NCBI RefSeq assembly: GCF_006345805.1
Contig: NW_021834489.1
Location: 25,724-89,723 of the forward strand
Length of the DNA stretch: 64,000 nt
Source: Octopus sinensis
Taxonomy: Eukaryota
Direction: 5' to 3'
Shown: in pieces, positions 1 to 12,478 of the stretch
Layout: every line of letters starts with the position of its first letter
Position numbering within the stretch: position 1 is the stretch's first letter
Position numbers and translations under genes: made by a program
The notes under the pieces: model-generated
Database searches by the model: none
Seen by the model: the letters and a program-made list of their open reading frames with translations, nothing else
What the model was told of the DNA's origin: nothing

Positions 1-350
1 AAAAGGTCTCTGAATAAGGGTTGTTTAAGGATGTTGAAAGAACACCCATGTTTCCAGAGGTGAACTATTCAAACCCCAAAGAATCCCTCTCAAACACATG
101 GCTATGAGCTCCCCCACTACTTCTGCTCGTGATCAGAGATGCACATATCGTCAGCCACTAAGGGGACATGCTCAAATGGTTAAGGTCAAACAACTGACAA
201 GCAAAATCTGTGGGTATTGAGCAGAAGATTTGCTGTAGCCCATCTTTTATACCAGACAAAACAATGTACATGAATACACTTCCAATCAGTTAAGATCAGA
301 AGCAGAGAGCCACTGCCTGTACTGCATCAGGGCATTTATTATTATATATT

Positions 351-391
<41 letters not shown>

Positions 392-392
392 C
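1..392 (+). repeat. Probable 3' end of an unclassified retroposon ending in an (ATT)n tail
   Basis: Non-coding sequence running directly into an (ATT)n tract at about 335-392; no second copy in window. Confidence 0.3.
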
Positions 393-394
393 AA

Positions 395-978
395 GGCGGT
401 GAGCTGGCAGAATAGTTTAGCACGCTGGACGAAATGCTTAGTGGTATTTCGCTTGCTGTTACCTTCTGAGTTCAAATTCCGCCGAGGTCGACTTTGCCTT
501 TCATCCTTCCGGGGTCGATAAATTAAGTACCAGTTACGCACTGGGGTCGATATAATCGACTTAATCCGTTTGTCTGTCCTTGTTTGTCCCCTCTGTGTTT
601 AGCCCCTTGTGGTTAGTAACGAAATAGGTATTTCGTCTGCCGTTACGTTCTGAGTTCAAATTTCACCAAGGTCGACTTTGCCTCTATCCTTTCGGGGTCG
701 ATAAAATAAGTACCACTTACGCACCGGGGTCGATAAAATCGACTTAATCCGTTTGTCTGTCCTTGTTTGTCCCCTTTGTGTTTAGCCCAATGTGGGTAGT
801 AAAGAAATAGGTATTTCGTCTGCCACTACGTTCTGAGTCCAAATTCCTCCGACGTCGACTTTTCTTTTCATCCTTTCGGGGTCGATAAATTAAGTACCAG
901 TTGCCTACTGGGATCGATCTAATCGACTGGGCCCCTTACCCCAAAATTTAGGACCTTGTGCTTAGAGTAGTAAAGATT
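395..978 (+). mobile_element. SINE family A, head plus 3 tandem body units, ending in alternative tail 2
   Basis: A-box-like tggcagaatagttt, B-box gagttcaaattcc; body gtatttcgtctgcc...aaagaaata repeated; last unit ends ...gggccccttaccccaaaatttaggaccttgtg. Confidence 0.9.
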
Positions 979-1157
979 ATATTATATTATTATTATTATT
1001 ATTATTTAATTAATTATTATTATTATTATTATTTAATTATATTATTATATTATTATTATTATATTATTATTATTTATATTATTATTATTATTATTTATTA
1101 TTATTATTATATTATTATTATTATTTAATATTATTATTATTATTAATTTTATTATTA

Positions 1158-1190
<33 letters not shown>

Positions 1191-1312
1191 TATTAATTAT
1201 TATTATATTATTATTATTATTAATTATTATTAGATTATTATTATTATTATATTTAATTATATTATTATTATTTAATTATTATATTATATTATTATTATTA
1301 TTATTATTATTC
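979..1312. repeat. Imperfect (ATT)n microsatellite
   Basis: Direct reading. Confidence 0.95.
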
Positions 1313-1678
1313 ATGTCATCAATATTTCGCCATTTTCTGTTTCTTTAAATTTTGATTGTCGATGAACTCATGTTTATTCTTGTATTTATCTATAATTTAT
1401 GAGCTTAATATGCTTGCATATGTAGGCCCATGGTTAAACATAGGTAATATACCGGTTGTGTTGTAATGGATACTTCTATCCCTTAGACGGTTGCTTTAAC
1501 CTCTAACTCAGCTAACCTAATAATATCTATATCTATATAAATAAATAAATATATATATATCTATATAAATAAATTATATATATATATCTATAAATAAATA
1601 TATATATATATCTATATTAAATAAATATATATATATAATATATATATATTATTATTATTATTATATTGAATGGAAGAA

Positions 1679-1932
1679 ATGGAGTTGAACGAAGATTGTA
1701 CAGAATTCCTTTTATACATTCTACACATGTTTCAAAGGCTCTTAAAGAGCCTCCTCGTTCGAATTGCTGCGCCTCTGTTCTGTTTTGTTCTGTCAACGGA
1801 ATTCCTGTTTTTTCCTGAAGAGAAAGCCACAATATGGTACCCTTATTTAATCAGAATTTGGAAATTTGTGGCCTTTGAAACATGTGTAGAATGTAATAAA
1901 AGGAATTCTGTACAATCTTCGTTCAACTCCAT
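1679..1932. mobile_element. Inverted pair of Penelope-type pseudo-LTR ends carrying hammerhead motifs
   Basis: 1679-1739 is the reverse complement of 1871-1932; the segment matches the sequence around the HHR at 41072-41190. Confidence 0.7.
1802..1905 (+). ncRNA. Minimal type I hammerhead ribozyme motif
   Basis: CUGAAGA 1815-1821; stem II gccaca/tgtggc with G.U closing pair; GAAAC 1877-1881; stem III AC-AUGU-GU; GUA triplet 1886-1888; stem I ttc/gaa plus distal ttcct/aggaa. Confidence 0.7.
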
Positions 1933-2081
1933 ATTAAACTTCAATTATCCGCACCAACGCACGGTTGCAACACCAAATGGTCTTATCTCCAACCGTGTAT
2001 TTTCTGCTGTGATTTTTGCTACCCAGGTATCGGTTAAACTTTTGAATAATCTGTAATAAGAAAATTCATCTTTCTATTTCA

Positions 2082-2141
<60 letters not shown>

Positions 2142-2987
2142 GTTATGTATGTATGTACATGTATTATACGTATGTATTATATGTATATGTGTGTGCGCGC
2201 GTGTGTGTATGTATATGTATAGATAGATATATGCGTGCATGTATACATACATACATCATACATACACGCGCGCGCGAATACACACACACACACACACACA
2301 TGTCTGTCTTTTGCGTACCTTCGTATGAAAATATTTGTATATCTTTCGGCGATAAATATCGGCAAAAGATGCAACTATTGACACGAAAACGGAAAAATAA
2401 AGCAGTGTTCCGAACAGAAATGTCTTGTGGTATTGTCCACCATCTCTTTTACAGAAGCAATCTTTGGCATCCAACTCCCTACCCTCAACACCATTAATGT
2501 AGCGAGCCAATAACTGGCCCACTGGCACTCTGGAACCAGAGACGATATTGTTAGCAAATTGCGTTCTAAAATACATGAAAATAAATACAATTTATCAAAA
2601 AAACCTAACAAATCGAGAACTTTGCGTTCAATACAGAAAGAATTATAAATAGTTTGGCAAGAATGTGCCTTGTAGCCATTCCTTTAGTTGAGAAGTATTT
2701 TCTTAAAGAGTTTAAATAAAAGGCGAAACAATGGAAACACATTGAACACAATTATATGGGAATTAGCATAATTTCAGATAGTTCCTGAAACAAGCGAAGG
2801 AAACTGATTATGATAAATAACAGAGCTGCTCGTAGCTTGAAGCATTTTAAATGGGAGAGGACGTTGAACGACTGAGAAGGGTTGCCGACCAAAAGGCAGC
2901 ATCTGCTGATCATGGACAAAAATATATTCTGAAGGGGAAAATTGAGAAAAATAAGACAGTCTTTATGTGGATGCTCGAGCTGACACA

Positions 2988-3452
2988 GGCGCAGGAGTGG
3001 CTGTGTGGTAAGTAGCTTGTTTACCAACCGCATCGTTCCGGGTTCAGTCCCACTGCGTGGCACCTTGGGCAAGTGTCTTCTACTATAGCCTCGGGCCGAC
3101 CAAAGCCTTGTGAGTGGATTTGGTAGACGGAAACTGAAAGAAGCCCGGATATATGTAATGTATATATATATATATATATAGATATAATATATATATATAT
3201 ATATATATGTATATTATATATGCGTGTTGTGTGTTTGTCTGTCTGTGTTTGTCCCCCTAGCATTGCTTGACAACCGATGCTGGTGTGTTTACGTCCCCGT
3301 TACTTAGCGGTTCGGCAAAAGACACCGATTGAATAAGTACTGGGCTTACAAAAGAATAAGTCCCGGGGTCGAGTTGCTCGATTAAAGGCGGTGCTCCAGC
3401 ATGGCCGCAGTCAAATGACTGAAACAAGTAAAAGAGTAAAAGAGTAAGAGTA
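2988..3452 (+). mobile_element. SINE family B (tRNA head, CORE-like domain, internal (TA)n(TG)n, 3' half, (GTAAAAGA)n tail), full length
   Basis: Head ggcgcaggagtggctgtgtggtaag, B-box ggttcagtccc, CORE-like ccttgggcaagtgtc; many near-identical copies in window. Confidence 0.9.
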
Positions 3453-4290
3453 TATAGCAGCTACGTTTCCTTCCAATTGCTAGTTGATACCTGCATGAAA
3501 ATCGATGTTAGAGAAAGAATTGCTGGCTGGCCGTTTTGGGAGGCTGGATTTAAAATGAGTGATGGGGGAAAAGTGAATGTGTGGGTGGACACGAATGAAG
3601 GTGGTATGAAATCAACCAGGCTAGAAATAACAGCTAAATCTGCCAACGAATTAAGAGTTGCAGCTGCAGTTAAGGATATCTCAATCTAGTCGTTATACCA
3701 GCAGGAAATAGTAGTCAAATCTTCCTTAAATAACATTGCTTAATCTCAAAAAATGATAGCTTCTAAGACTACATTGAATAATTGAATAGACCAAGATGCT
3801 TGAAACAAAAGACGGTATAGTCACGGATGGGAAAGACATTTGATTATAGATCTGCTCAATTAGGGTTGGCCTGGGGTTAAACATAACAGCAACTCGAGCA
3901 GAGAGGACGGTCGCTTTAGGGAGGAATGATAGGATAGAAGGTGATTAGCGTTGGGACTGTGTGACGTCGGTGAGATTTGAACTCAGAATGTAAAGATCTA
4001 AAACAAATATTAGTACCTAGAATTTATTACTTTAAACTTTCAAAGAAAGCCTGCAATTTTAGGTGAGGGGTTATGACGATTATAGCGTTCAACTGATTCT
4101 TATTTTATCGATCTCGAAAAGATAAAAGGCGGAGTCGACCTCATCGGAATTTGATCTCAGAACGTTAAGTACCGGAAAACAAAATGTTTCTATGCATTTA
4201 GTCCCACGCGCCTCGGCTCCCGTCAGGTTACAACGTTGCCTAGATAATGAAATAAGAGAAAAAAAATAGGGTTTATAAATTTCAAGTCTT

Positions 4291-4671
4291 GGATCTTTTC
4301 GGTTTGAACGGCAGTTTTTAACATAATTTCTAGGTAACTAAAAAATTTTAAACTTCGTATACTGGTAGAATGTGTTTATAAAACATCTTTTTCTCTTGGC
4401 TTTATTGAGAAAATTCTATAGTTTGTAAGATATTTGTTTTTTTTTTATTCAATTTCTGCAATTTCAACCAATCAATGACGTCTATTGAGGTAAAAACATT
4501 TTGTGCCACATGAATATGTCCCTCGTTTAAGAATATGTCCCTCGTTTGTGAAGAAAAAAAGATACCCTTCCCCCCACTCCTAACCCTAACCCTAACTAAC
4601 CCTAACCCTAAAATAGATTGAAATGCATATGACACCGCTAGAAAAAACTGCCGTTCAAACCGAAAAGATCC
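4291..4671 (+). mobile_element. MITE family E (GG-terminal TIR, 8-bp TSD; Merlin-like)
   Basis: TIR ggatcttttcggtttgaacggcagtttt and its reverse complement; TSD caagtctt at 4283-4290 and 4672-4679; internal (ccctaa)n. Confidence 0.9.
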
Positions 4672-5002
4672 CAAGTCTTTACTACGTTTGAATTAAGTTC
4701 AGAAGAACAGAGAGCATGTACTTTAAAAAAAACTGCAACACAAGTCACAGAATGAGCCATTATAAGATCACTAGATATGCTAGAAATAGCAGCTAAATTT
4801 ATCTTTTATCGTATTTCCCCTTCTTTTTTCATGTATATTGCAGTTCAGATGATGGCTGACATATGATTAAACAAAACCAACAATAAAAAACACTGCCGCA
4901 GCATAAAATTACTGGTGCATTAACAGTGTTCTCTTTTAAGGCTACACTGTACTACATAATATACCTGTAGGTTTTTAACTAATACTGTATGTAATAAACG
5001 TG

Positions 5003-5135
5003 TGCAAACATGGCTGTGTGTTTCTGAGCTGAATCCCACTGCGTGGTAACTTGGAAAAGTATCTCCTACTATGTCCTCGAGCCGATTAAAGCCTTCGGGC
5101 GATTAGTAGACAGAAACTGAAAGAAGTTCGTCGAA
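5003..5135 (+). mobile_element. Degenerate SINE-B head followed by long (TA)n-rich tract (to about 5540)
   Basis: cccactgcgtggtaacttggaaaagtatct...gtagacagaaactgaaagaag resembles the SINE-B head. Confidence 0.7.
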
Positions 5136-5144
5136 TATATATAT

Positions 5145-5178
<34 letters not shown>

Positions 5179-5331
5179 ATATATAGATACATATATGTAT
5201 ATAAATTATATGCATATATATGCATATATACATTATATAAATATTACATATTTATATGTGCATATATGCATATATATATACGTATACATATATATGCATA
5301 TATATATATGTATTATATAAGATATATATAT

Positions 5332-5362
<31 letters not shown>

Positions 5363-5606
5363 CGTATACATATATATGCATATATATAATATATATGTAT
5401 ATATAATATTGTTAATATATATTACATATATATATATGCATATATATATGTATATATATATATGTATAATTATATGTATATATATATCTATATATGCACC
5501 ACACACACACACACATCTATATATATATATATATATATAAATTGACAGAATGAGATAAAAAAAATCCAAAGCTGTAAATAGTTTTCAAAACATTTATAAA
5601 GAAAAG

Positions 5607-5654
5607 GTCTTACACCTGTTTCCTGGATATTTTATATATTCCTTCATCAGAGAC
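5607..5654 (-). ncRNA. Hammerhead-like motif with non-canonical junction nucleotides
   Basis: Minus strand gtct-CUGAUGA-a-ggaatat/atatcc-ag-GAAAC-aggt-GUA-agac; stem I gtct/agac; extra bases flank stem II. Confidence 0.5.
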
Positions 5655-6182
5655 GGTGCGAGAAAATGTTTGAGTATTAATTATTGTAGAGAAGATATGA
5701 AATACAGAGGGAAGAGAATGAAAATAGAAGTAAGATACGTAAGGATATTACATTTGCACTTCCATTATTCAAGTAGAAGTTTCCTGTACCTTGTTTGTGA
5801 GTTCCAATGGTAGTTATAGTTGGTCATTCCAAGCATAGAGCCTTGTAAACAGTGTTTTTCGATCGAGGGAGCTTTTTTGGTGTGAATTAAAAAATTTGAG
5901 AATGTGTTTGTAATATTAATGGATAGATGGAGGGAGGAGATATGTGTATGATTAGGAAGAGGAGATAGGTCAAACCAAAAACAGGAAGGGAATAGGAGGA
6001 AGAAGAAGAAGAAAAAAAAGAAAAAGGGAGGGAGACAAAAAAAGAAATGAAGAAAGACGGAACGAATTTAAATGAGAGAGGGTGAGTTAGCTAGTGGTCA
6101 GGAGAAAATGATAGGAGGAAGGGAGAGGTGAGGGCGAGAGAGAGGAAGAGATGAGAAGACAGACACAAAGGCACATACATAC

Positions 6183-6226
<44 letters not shown>

Positions 6227-6389
6227 TATATATATATATATAAGTAGGTGAATGAATTATCCTAGTATGGATAATTCGGTTAACCGATACCCGGTAACAA
6301 ATTCACGTCAGAAAACCGGTTGAAGCTACATGCGAGGGCAGAAATCACGTGCTTTCGTGTGGAAATTTGTGTTTTTTTTACTATTCTTC

Positions 6390-6430
<41 letters not shown>

Positions 6431-6445
6431 GTATAACGTTTATAC

Positions 6446-6505
<60 letters not shown>

Positions 6506-6562
6506 TTATATATGTGCATATATATATACATATATATATATAATACACACACATATATATAT

Positions 6563-6604
<42 letters not shown>

Positions 6605-6617
6605 TTATATATATATC

Positions 6618-6855
6618 TGTGTGTGTGTGTCTTTGTATCTGTGTTTGTCCCCCACAACCGCTTGTCAACCGTGTTAGTGTGTTTACGTCCCTGTGTCTTA
6701 GCGGTGCGGCATAAAAGACCGATAGAATAAGTACCAGACTTAAGAGAAAAAGAAAAGAAAAGAAATATTGGGGTCGATTAGTTTGACTAAAATTCCTCAA
6801 GGCGGTGCCCCATCATGGCCGCAGTCTAATGACTGAAACAAGATAATAAAAGATA
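6618..6855 (+). mobile_element. SINE-B 3' half (diverged)
   Basis: tgtgtttgtcccc...gatagaataagtacc...catggccgcagtctaatgactgaaacaag. Confidence 0.8.
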
Positions 6856-7427
6856 TTAAAAAAAAAACAGAAAAGAGGAGATAAATATACAATGTCTACA
6901 CGAACGGAAAGGTAAGAAGGTTCAACCATGACTCGCTTGAATCCGACGCTGGGACTTCGACAGCGACTCATTTAAGTCTCTTTTACTGTCTCCAGAGACA
7001 CCGTTTGCAAACAGGAGCGTTACTGAGGGATTAAGCAAATCAGATATAGTTACATCGATCGATTTGCATATGCAACCACGATTTTCTAGGAGGTTTGATT
7101 AATAAATTATTAGGGCGTGAATGGCGCTTTGTTTGAATGGTGGCTTTTGTGTTTCGATGAATTTCCGGCTAGAAATGAAGCAAGAAAGAACAATTGCAAT
7201 GTTTTCTGGCCCACGGGGGGATATAAATAAATGTGTTTATGTTTGTTTACTTATCGCAGCGAGGCTTATGATTAAAGAATTATCGGAAGACCTACATTAA
7301 AAAATTTCACATAGAAATCTATTTGTGCGTATATGCGCGCCTGTCTGAGTATGTGATTTGTGTGTATATATGCATTTGCATATATATATGCGTATGTATG
7401 TACATACACATGCATATTTACATAGAT

Positions 7428-7482
<55 letters not shown>

Positions 7483-7611
7483 AGAGAGAAGGAGAGAGAG
7501 AAAGAGAGGGATACGTGTACTTATGTATGTGTATATATATATATATATGCATATATATATATATATATATATAGTATGTATGTATATATAGGTACATACA
7601 TATATTCTTGC

Positions 7612-7643
<32 letters not shown>

Positions 7644-7681
7644 CTCACACGCACAATACCTAGTTACATACATTGCACCAT

Positions 7682-7705
7682 ATGATGATGACGACGACGA
7701 CGACA

Positions 7706-7745
<40 letters not shown>

Positions 7746-7907
7746 CGATGATGATGATGATGATGACGATGATGACGATGATGATGACGATGATGATGAT
7801 GATGATGATGAAGATGATGATGATGATGATGATGACGACGACGATGACAATGATGATGACGACGACGATGACAATGATGATGACGATGATGATGATGATG
7901 ATGATAT
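7682..7907. repeat. (GAT/GAC)n trinucleotide microsatellite
   Basis: Direct reading; source of the poly-D, poly-M and poly-S ORF artefacts. Confidence 0.95.
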
Positions 7908-8353
7908 TGATTTAACTTCCAACCATCAATATTTGCAAAACTCGGTTACCATAGTAACAAAATTGCTTTCGTCTCTTGACTTATGAGGACTGAATTTATG
8001 TGGCGGGGGTGGGGTTGGGGGTTGGGGGTTGGGGGTTTGGGGTGGGTTGAGTAAAAAGAGAAGAAAGGAAAGAAGTGTATTCGATAATCTAATCGGTCGC
8101 GCGAAGGGGGACACGATGGCAAGACTTCATTTGCATTTAATGAGTTCCTCGCTACAAGAAATTCTTTGTTGTTGGGAAATGGAGGGTGTAATTGAGAAAC
8201 AGCGATAGCTCTGAACACAGAGGAGATTATGTCCAATGTGGATTAGCGCCAGATTAAAGTGGAAATCGTTAGGTTTATACTTTCGTACGTAAAACATTCT
8301 AATCAACGCTTTAACGACTCGGCCAGCCAGCACATTGTCATTTTTAGGGTACT

Positions 8354-8768
8354 TATTTCATTATTGCCCACAAGGAGCTAAACATAGAGGAGACAAGCAA
8401 GGACAGACAAAGGGATTAAGTCGATTACATCGACCCCAGTGCATAACTGGTACTTAGTTTATCGACCCCGAAAGGATGAAAGGCGAAGTCGACCTCGGCG
8501 GAATTTAACTTACAACGTAGCGGCAGACGAAATACATATTTTTTTACTACCCACAAGGGGCTAAATAAAGAGAGGACAAATAAGGAAAGACAAACGGATT
8601 AAGTCGATTATATCGATCCCAGTGCGTAACTGGTACTTATTTAATCGACCCCGTAAGGATGAAAGGTAAGTCGACCTCGGCGGAATTTGAACTCAGAACG
8701 TAACGGCAGACGAAATACGGCTACGCATTTCGTAAGGCGTGCTAGCGTTTCTGCCAGCTCGCCACCTT
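8354..8768 (-). mobile_element. SINE-A, head plus 2 units
   Basis: Reverse complement of the family A head and body. Confidence 0.9.
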
Positions 8769-8824
8769 ATTTCAAACTATTATTACGTTAACAATAGCAA
8801 GCTGGTAAAATTGTTGACGCTCTG

Positions 8825-8944
8825 TGCAAGGTACTTACTAGGCTTACAAAGAGTAAGACATGGGGTCGATTTGCTCGACTAAAGGCTGTGCTCCAGCATG
8901 GCCACAGTCAAATGACTGAAACAAGTAAAAGAGTAAAAAGAGTA
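8825..8944 (+). mobile_element. SINE-B 3' fragment
   Basis: ggcttacaaagagtaag...gactgaaacaagtaaaagagtaaaaagagta. Confidence 0.8.
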
Positions 8945-9814
8945 CATCATACTATGATATCTCTTTTAAAAATGATAAATACAATTTAAAAATATATATT
9001 GATATTTTTTTTCTATCACAAATGGCCTCATCATGCAAAACCGAGAATTGTTTCTGAGCCTGCAGTAGTATAGGACAACAGGCATGTTATATAGTAGTGT
9101 ACTGCAGTTACTATGGGAACAAACGGTAAATATTGTAAATATTGTGATAAATATGGAATATTGTTGACAGGTGTGGGTATTGTGGACATTGTAAGAAATG
9201 AGAGATTTTTCGGATATTGTGACAGGTATGGTAGACGAAGTGGATATTGTAAATTATGACAAAGGAGCGACAGTATTCGACCTTGCGCGAGGTATGCCAC
9301 GCTTACAATAAATTCTCTCATATGAGTTGACTATGTTTTGAATAAATCGCTTTAGAAAGATGCTGACAACCTTCAGCTGCTCTGGGAATGTTGATTTATT
9401 CAGAATTGTTGCATCAAAGATGGGCAGAAACATTTAAGTAACAAATATATAATCTAAAATAACATTTTAACCATAGTTGCCGATGTAGTGAGGTGTGTTT
9501 TTATCATAGATTATTTTCTTTATCTACCTTGCTTGGTGCATAACAAACGATTTAATGTTTCTGTTAGCTATCTCTCATCATTTTCGAATTTTATAGAGCC
9601 ATGACAGACTGCGTTTCAATCTAAGACCTTTCTTATGACTGGTGACGGCTGGATATTCTTTTCTTAACCATTGTTAATTATTATTTCAGTGAGAACAATC
9701 AAAAAGCTGTGTCAGTATCCATAATGATGAATATCTAAGATGGAAGACGGGTGACAAAGAAAAATATTCTTTCACATAGGCGCAGGTATGGTTGAGTGGT
9801 TAAGAAAGACGCGG

Positions 9815-10224
9815 GAGGTAAACAGTAACAGTACGGTATCGTAAAATATATTTGCCAACTGAATGTGGCGGTCCCATAGAGGACGATGTTACTGTTTTTT
9901 TAGCCCTAGGAAGACATCTCCTCCAGCTGGCTAACGACACACAGTCTATGTCCGATGAGTATGCCGATTAGTATCGCTCCCATCTCGAGCCTTACATGAT
10001 ACACGCAGAGCCAGGTTTCTGGCTAGTTACTCGTAATCAGTGTGTGATAATCACCAGCTAACGATGAAAACTCATTCTACTCGCAAATTGCTATATGCTT
10101 TTTCAAGCGACAAACTGTCGTTAATCCCTCAAAAAGGAGAAATATTAAATTTCTGAGCGAGAGGTAAACAGTAACAGTACGGAATCGTAAAATAGATTTG
10201 CCAACTAAATGTGGCGGTCCCATA
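9815..10224. repeat. Unclassified element with 64-bp direct terminal redundancy (period 346 bp)
   Basis: gaggtaaacagtaacagtacgg...ggtcccata at 9815-9878 and 10161-10224. Confidence 0.75.
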
Positions 10225-10244
10225 CACACACACATATATGTATG

Positions 10245-10412
10245 TATAAATTCAACAATATAAAGGAATGACCCTGGTAGGCCATTCGTCTCACTAGAAA
10301 GAGCAGCCATACTCAAACCGCTAAATACTACTTTAGCGGTTTGAGTATGGCTGCTCTTTCTAGTGAGACGAATGGCCTACCAGGGTCATTCCTTTATATT
10401 GTTGAATTTATA
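10245..10412. repeat. Perfect palindrome, 81-bp arms, 6-nt loop
   Basis: 10245-10325 is the exact reverse complement of 10332-10412; a diverged single arm recurs near 13680-13755. Confidence 0.95.
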
Positions 10413-10527
10413 TATATATAGTCTACGACTATTTTCTCTTTCTCACTGGACCGCTGGTGGCGAAAAAATTGCTATTGAATTTTTTGCTACCCTTATATTG
10501 ATTAATAAATATATGTATGTATATATA

Positions 10528-10740
10528 TTTACTCTTTTACTCTTTTACTTGTTTCAGTCATTTGACTGCGGCCATGCTGGAGCACCGCCTTTAGTCGAGC
10601 AAATCGACCCCGGGACTTATTCTTTGTAAGCCCAGTACTTATTCTATCGGTCTCTTTTGCCGAACCGCTAAGTAACGGGGACGTAAACACACCAGCATCG
10701 GTTGTCAAGCAATGATAGGGGGACAAATACAGACACACAA

Positions 10741-10771
<31 letters not shown>

Positions 10772-10936
10772 CATATATACGACAGGCTTCTTTCAGTTTC
10801 CGTCTACCAAATCCACTCACAAGGCATTGGTCGGCCCGGGGCTATAGCAGAAGACACTTGCCCAAGATTCCACGCAGTGGGACTGAACCCGGAACCATGT
10901 GGTTGGTTAGCAAGCTACTTACCACACAGCCACTCC
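10528..10936 (-). mobile_element. SINE-B, near full length
   Basis: Reverse complement of family B. Confidence 0.9.
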
Positions 10937-10989
10937 ATATATATATATATGTATGTATATATAAATATATATGTATGGATATATATATA

Positions 10990-11565
10990 TGGGAAGATAT
11001 TTCTGAAGACATTCTCTCACAGTTGGCAATAATGTGGCTGATGCCTTCAGTATTGTTCCTGCACAACCTACATTTGTTATCTGTCAACGTTTCCTGCCTT
11101 TTATACTGTAAGTACTTGGTTGGGACCTCGTGTTCTTGAATTGAATGGGTATAGCCTTTGAAGTGAGATTTCATAAACGTTTCGGTATTCCACGCCGAGC
11201 TTTTGAATATGATCAGTTCCTTCTATGGTTTGTGTTTTGCGAACTAAGTACTCAAGTACTATCTTCTTAGTGAACTGGTCTACCTTCTTTATTTTGTTCT
11301 TATAAATAGATTTTAGCAATGATCATTAGGGAAAGGTCTGTATCAGCTCTTATTTCATACCCCTGCTAAAGTTCATTAGTTATCCTAAGCCTAATTATGC
11401 TTTTGATTTCTTGGTCTCAAACTTGGGTAAAATAGTTACTGGTCTCTTTCCTCTGCTGTAGATGTTGTTTCTGTGTCACACTGGTTTAAAAGGCATCAAT
11501 ACAAGTTTGAGACCACGACCTCTACCCTTACCCAGAAAGTACAGCATGTCTACGTCTCCCTTTCT
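10990..11565 (-). pseudogene. Remnant of RLE-type non-LTR retrotransposon (R4/Dong-like): post-RT region and CCHC finger
   Basis: Minus-strand translations DVDMLYFLGKGRGRGLKL (LYxxRxxGGRGL-like) and KCRLCRNNTEGISHIIANC (C-x2-C-x8-H-x4-C); frameshifts and stops. Confidence 0.75.
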
Positions 11566-11888
11566 TTCTGTTTTAGTTTCCTGTAACACCGAGCAGTTTG
11601 CGAGTTCAAAACGTACATATTTTCGGAGAATTTGTTTTGAAACGTTATTTAACTTATCTCGTTATGTGTGTACGGTTACAAGCACTGTGGTTATAAAAAC
11701 GTGTTAAGATGTATTTATCTTTATATGAATACGCTGCAATATATATGATGCGTAAAACATTTATGTAGAAACATATGTACGTAATCATAACGCACTCTGT
11801 AGCTCAACGCTTCCAATATTTGGTTACATTGCATTCATATGACCAGTAATTACATCCAGGTATAGGTCTGACCAGAAAGGTTGCCATT

Positions 11889-12013
11889 ATGTATGTATGT
11901 ATGTATGTATGTATGTATGTATGTATGTATGTATGTATGTATGTATGTATGTATGTACGTATGTATGTATGTATGTATGTATGTATGTATGTATGTGTAT
12001 GTATGTATGTATG
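11889..12013. repeat. (TATG)n microsatellite
   Basis: Direct reading. Confidence 0.95.
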
Positions 12014-12019
12014 TCAGGT

Positions 12020-12478
12020 CACTTTCGAGTGCTACTGGTAACATGTAATCCAGTACAACCTGTTGCATGGTCGGGTTCTCGGCGACTAAACCGGCAACCC
12101 CACCAAGCTTGCTTGGTGAGGAGGGTGTTTATTGGACACCCTGCGGGATGAAAAACAAAACCCGTCAAAGGGCGGAGGAACTCTTGAGAGTCAACGGCCA
12201 TCCAATAAATGTCTTAAGGCTGTATCATGCGCGGGGACATAGAAATAATCGGACTCAATACCCGATCGCGCGGTTAAACCATAGGGAGTAAAGGACTCCC
12301 AGCCTTTGTTAGGGCATCATTCTAGGAGAAGGTAACTCTGGTAACTGGGATAACTCCGACTTAAAACCTGCGGCTCAGTGGTTACCGATGATGTTGACTT
12401 GTTCTTCTATTCGGATTATGGCTGCTGTTGCTTAGTGAGTGGGATTGAATCAGTGCACAGCCTTTCCTCACTTTAAGA
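12020..12478 (+). mobile_element. GC-richer non-coding segment resembling an RTE-type LINE 5' UTR
   Basis: Motifs ...ggcaaccccacc... and ctaggagaaggtaactctg...ttaaaacctgc recall RTE/BovB-type 5' regions; from memory only. Confidence 0.35.

Noticed and set aside
2300-2980. N-terminal PLE coding remnant downstream of the 1.8-kb hammerhead
   Set aside because: All frames are heavily interrupted and no diagnostic motif was recognised
4570-4610. Chromosome-end telomere or fusion scar
   Set aside because: The ccctaa units are an internal part of MITE-E and recur in six copies
5252-6800. Numerous YI-, HT- and CV-repeat ORFs here and throughout the track
   Set aside because: Products of (TA)n, (CA)n and (TATG)n tracts
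7521-7986. Poly-Asp, poly-Ser and poly-Met ORFs
   Set aside because: Translations of a (GAT)n microsatellite; no splice or start context
9850-9890. Twister-ribozyme-like gcggtccca
   Set aside because: Lacks the remaining conserved twister segments and pseudoknot partners
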